Assembly (NCBI GenBank): GCA_963843145.1
Contig: CAWJJC010000005.1
Location: 1-64,000 of the forward strand
DNA from: an uncultured delta proteobacterium
Lineage (GTDB): Bacteria > Desulfobacterota > RBG-13-43-22
DNA length: 64,000 nt
Direction of reading: 5' to 3'
Shown: in pieces, positions 60,869-64,000 of the stretch
How positions within the stretch are numbered: position 1 is the stretch's first letter
How the letters are laid out: each line of letters starts with the position of its first letter
Notes under the pieces: model-generated
Seen by the model: the letters and a program-made list of their open reading frames with translations, nothing else
Databases searched by the model: none
Told to the model about the DNA's origin: nothing
Program-made: the position numbers and the translations under genes

Positions 60869-62202
60869 TTTTTTCGTCCTGGCTTGAAACCTCCTTCGAC
60901 CCGTCAAGGGCTCCAGGCGAGCAATGGCTTTTTCCCTTTCCACCAACTGACTCCAGTACAATAACTCAATATCCAGCAGGGCCTTCCAGCGGCTGATGAC
61001 CGTGATGGCTTCCACCTTCCCGGTGATGTAACCCGATAAGGAAAGTTGAATATCCTGACGGGCCTTGGGGAGCAGCCCCTCCTGGTAGAGTTTCATCAGG
61101 TTGCCCGCCGACCGGATCATGGAATCATTTTCCCGGAGGCTGGAGGCCTGCATGATTTCCGTGGCCAGCAACTCTTTCCGGGCCTGCCGTTTGGCGGCTT
61201 CAGCCTCCAAAACTCCCTGCCGCTGCTTTTCCCTATAGAAGAGGGGGATATTGACCGTGGCCGTCAGGCTCCACATATCCTCAAACACCCCGGTCCGTTT
61301 GAAAAGATTGGCCCCCAGGGTAAAATCCGGGTAGTATTCCTTTTGGGCCATTTTGACCTTGGCTTCCGTTCCCTCCAGCATCTCGGCCTTGGCTTTCAAT
61401 TCCGGGGAATGGTCCTGGGCCTGAGGCAACAGATCATCTAGGAAAGGAGGTAAGGAGTGGGGACGGGCTCGAGGGCGGACCAGGGGGCTGCGCACCTCCC
61501 GGCCATAGGGCGGCGATTGAGCATCCCCTCCGTGGCCTGGATTTTCTGGTTGGCCATCTCTTCCCGCTCCAGAAGCAGGTACTTTTCCGTCTGGGCCATG
61601 ACCACTTCCTGCTGGGAAGCCATTCCGCTCGCGTAGCGGGACAGGGCCGCTTCCTCCACCTGCTTGAGCAGGTCACCTCTATCCCGCAACAGGTCCCGAG
61701 TCTTATAGGCCAGGAACAGGTCGTAATAGAATTCTTTGACTTTGCTGATCGTTTTCAAGCGCAGGGTCTGATGCCTGTGTTTCAGACTCTCAGCCTCCCG
61801 GGCGGCCATCTCAGACTTCAAGCCCCGCTTGCCGTAAAAAGGAACCATCTGAGATACAGAAAACATCCACTGGGCACCCAGCGCCTCCCCGAACGTATAG
61901 CTGCCGTATCCCTCGTTCTGATAGCCCGTCATAAACATGGGATCCGGCAGGCTGCCGGCTTGGGGGACTTTATGGTTCGCGGCCTCGACTCCGGCCTGGG
62001 AAGCGCTCAGATCCGGATTATTCCGGAGCGCCTCGTCGATTAAGGCCTTTAAGAAAAGCCCCTCCGCCCCGGCCCCTGTACTTCCCAAAGCGAGGAGAAG
62101 GCCAACCACGGCCCCGCAAGTCCAGCGGACCCTCTTTCTCGGGGATAATGCCTTTTTCGCCCTGAGCTTCGCGCTCCGCGCTCCGCGCTTTTTAATTCGC
62201 AT
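60865..62202 (-). CDS. TolC-family outer membrane factor (CusC-like; frameshifted, start uncertain)
   Basis: EAL..NPDL, AGSLPDP, SQ..PF.GKR.L, YYPDF, NIPL; upstream of cusB/cusA. Confidence 0.8.
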
Positions 62203-62581
62203 CCACATTAAACTTCACTCTTCTCACTTTATCGCCCTGGGTGATCTGGATGGTGGTATTCCAGCTTCCGGCCATGGATGGAGTCATCTTGACCTTGTAG
62301 ACGGTGCCTTTCAACTCCGCGTCGGCCTTGTAAAACATGGCCGGCATCCCCGGCATGGCCGGCATCCCATAGTCCAGTTTGACCTTGGCCGCGGTCACGT
62401 TCTTGCCGGCCGCATCCTTGATCTCGATGGTCACATTGTTCTCCCCCACCACCGGAGGGTTCTTGTCGATTTTAACCAGAACGGTATAGTCCTCGGCCTT
62501 CTTGGCAATCTCATAGTCTTTGGCAAAGGCCAACCCAGTGGTCAGCAACAGGGTAATAAACAAGTAAACTAATTTATTCAT
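62192..62581 (-). CDS. YtkA/FixH-like periplasmic metal chaperone
   Basis: Signal peptide; PPVVG.N..I.I.D..G..VT.A.V..DY.MPAMPGMPAM..M.GSW. Confidence 0.8.
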   Translation of the reverse strand: MNKLVYLFITLLLTTGLAFAKDYEIAKKAEDYTVLVKIDKNPPVVGENNVTIEIKDAAGKNVTAAKVKLDYGMPAMPGMPAMFYKADAELKGTVYKVKMTPSMAGSWNTTIQITQGDKVRRVKFNVDAN

Positions 62582-62758
62582 TAGGTATCCCCCTTTTCAT
62601 AATTTTTACATTTTAAGTACTCCCAGGACCGCAACAAGAAATTTTATTTTCTTACCAAGAAAACAAGCTATAGTACAAAGAGGTTCGTAGTCTGGCCTTT
62701 TGCTCCAGAAGAAAGAAATGAGGACTTTTGAATTTCGGAGGATCCGAGGGATTTTCTG

Positions 62759-63160
62759 GTGAAGATAAAATTCTGGTTGTGGGCCGCTTTTTTGGTTTTT
62801 TGGGTTGGCCTGGGATTATCCTCGCAGGTTCAACTGGTAAAAAAACTAATTCCCCGGGAAGGCTTTTCGGCCTTTACCGACCCGGTATCCGTTCGGGAGA
62901 ATCAATTGCGGGCAATAAAACCGTTTCTGCCCGCCCGCGGAACAATCGGTTTCGTCTCCGACCGGGATGAAGTGGCTGATTTCTATCAAACCCAGTACGC
63001 CCTCTCTCCCCTGCTGATCTCCAGAGATCCCGCGATTTCCCCGGCCATCGGGATCCTCTATGATCCTTCCACCCTTAAGAAGATAGCAACGCAACATAGA
63101 ATGCAAGTCGTCCGGGTTTTTGAAAACGGCCTGGTTCTCCTGGAACGTGCGCCTCGTTGA
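62759..63160 (+). CDS. Hypothetical membrane-anchored protein
   Basis: GGAGG upstream; N-terminal TM; IGFVSD..YQTQYALSP. Confidence 0.6.
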   Translation: MKIKFWLWAAFLVFWVGLGLSSQVQLVKKLIPREGFSAFTDPVSVRENQLRAIKPFLPARGTIGFVSDRDEVADFYQTQYALSPLLISRDPAISPAIGILYDPSTLKKIATQHRMQVVRVFENGLVLLERAPR

Positions 63161-64000
63161 TGGCCTTCTTTTTTTCCCTAGTGATTTCTTTCCTTACGGG
63201 GTCGGCCTTGGTCGATCGATTGCTTTCCGGCCAGGGAGAAAAATATCCTTTCGTCTTTCGCCTCTTCCTCGGCCTGGGATTGGGCTTGGGGTTATCTTCC
63301 GCCCTCCTTTTTCTTTGGCTTTTAACGATTGGCCGATTTCAGAAAAGCTATATACTTTTGGAATTACTGCTCTGCTTCTTCTTGATGATGCACTCGGCAT
63401 TTAGCAGAAGGCGGCGACCGAAAAACCCGGAACCGCGGGGTCCCCGACCGTCTCCCAGCGGGATCAGCCGTCTGGCCGCTTCGGGTTTTTACCTGCTTTT
63501 AATCAGCGGTATTTTGGTCTTGGTTCTAATCTCCTTTTTGTATCCCCATGGAAATTGGGACGCCTGGGCCATTTGGAATAACCGGGCCCGATTTATTTTT
63601 AGGGGTGCAGAAAATTGGCGAGTTGGCTTCAGCCCCCTTCTGGGCTGGTCTCATCCGGATTATCCCTTGTTGCTGCCTTTAGCTATAGCGCGCGGCTGGT
63701 TTTACCTGGGGGAGGAAGCGCTTTGGGTACCATCGGCGCTGGCTTTACTATTTACCCTCAGCACTACCGGGATACTGGTTTCTTCCTTACGCCTGATAAA
63801 AAGCAGCAGTCAGGGAACCCTGGCGGGGATACTCCTTTTGGGGACCCCTTTCTTCTTGATCCATGGGGCCTCCCAATATGCGGATATCCCTTTAGCCTTT
63901 TACTTTCTTTCGGGAATTGCCCTTTTATCCTTATCCGACCACAAGCCCTCGAAGAGCTACGGAGGCCCTGTTTTGGCCGGCCTATTCATCGGGTTCTCCG
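63160..64000 (+). CDS. Polytopic membrane protein, GT-C/glycosyltransferase-like (frameshifted, runs off the window)
   Basis: PHGNWDAWAIWN.RARF..SHPDYPLLLP..SQYADIP plus many TM segments. Confidence 0.6.
   Translation, partial: MAFFFSLVISFLTGSALVDRLLSGQGEKYPFVFRLFLGLGLGLGLSSALLFLWLLTIGRFQKSYILLELLLCFFLMMHSAFSRRRRPKNPEPRGPRPSPSGISRLAASGFYLLLISGILVLVLISFLYPHGNWDAWAIWNNRARFIFRGAENWRVGFSPLLGWSHPDYPLLLPLAIARGWFYLGEEALWVPSALALLFTLSTTGILVSSLRLIKSSSQGTLAGILLLGTPFFLIHGASQYADIPLAFYFLSGIALLSLSDHKPSKSYGGPVLAGLFIGFS

Overview
The window has three blocks and looks like a Desulfobacterota/deltaproteobacterial chromosome (inferred from gene content, gene order and repeat families). (1) ~1-9850 is a decaying defence/mobilome island. 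It holds a DUF6569/ARPP-1 pseudogene, an intact DUF2075 (Schlafen-group-3-like) nuclease-helicase, HNH and NERD-helicase fragments, a dead RAYT-like Y1 transposase fused to an ADP-ribosylglycohydrolase tail, an AAA_14/DUF4143 ATPase with a BREX pglZ-type-B stub, a toxin-antitoxin pair, and integrase/excisionase remnants. Several fragment junctions coincide with one short inverted-repeat site family (TAATAGGGGAC...GTCCCTATT), the most novel-looking signal here. (2) ~9960-41200 is core genes (lon, clpX, clpP, tig, tRNA-Leu, purA, htpX, clpB, menA-like, ruvX, mltG, alkD-like, rsmA, tsaD, PPi-type PFK, comEA, cimA, lysC, tsaE, nnr, acpS). Its intergenic spaces are filled with 7-bp-periodic repeats, GTAG-REP hairpins and nested MITE-like palindromes. 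(3) ~41500-62600 is a copper/heavy-metal island: Ser/Thr kinase-FGE, multicopper oxidase fused to a beta-barrel, DsbA/MauE, Gly-Met repeat proteins, Cu P1B-ATPase, diheme cytochrome c and CusCBA. Two sigma54 promoters there share tandem 17-bp upstream sites spaced 43 bp apart. Many single-base frameshifts (including in lon) probably reflect sequencing/assembly indels. All family calls come from motif recognition, not database searches.
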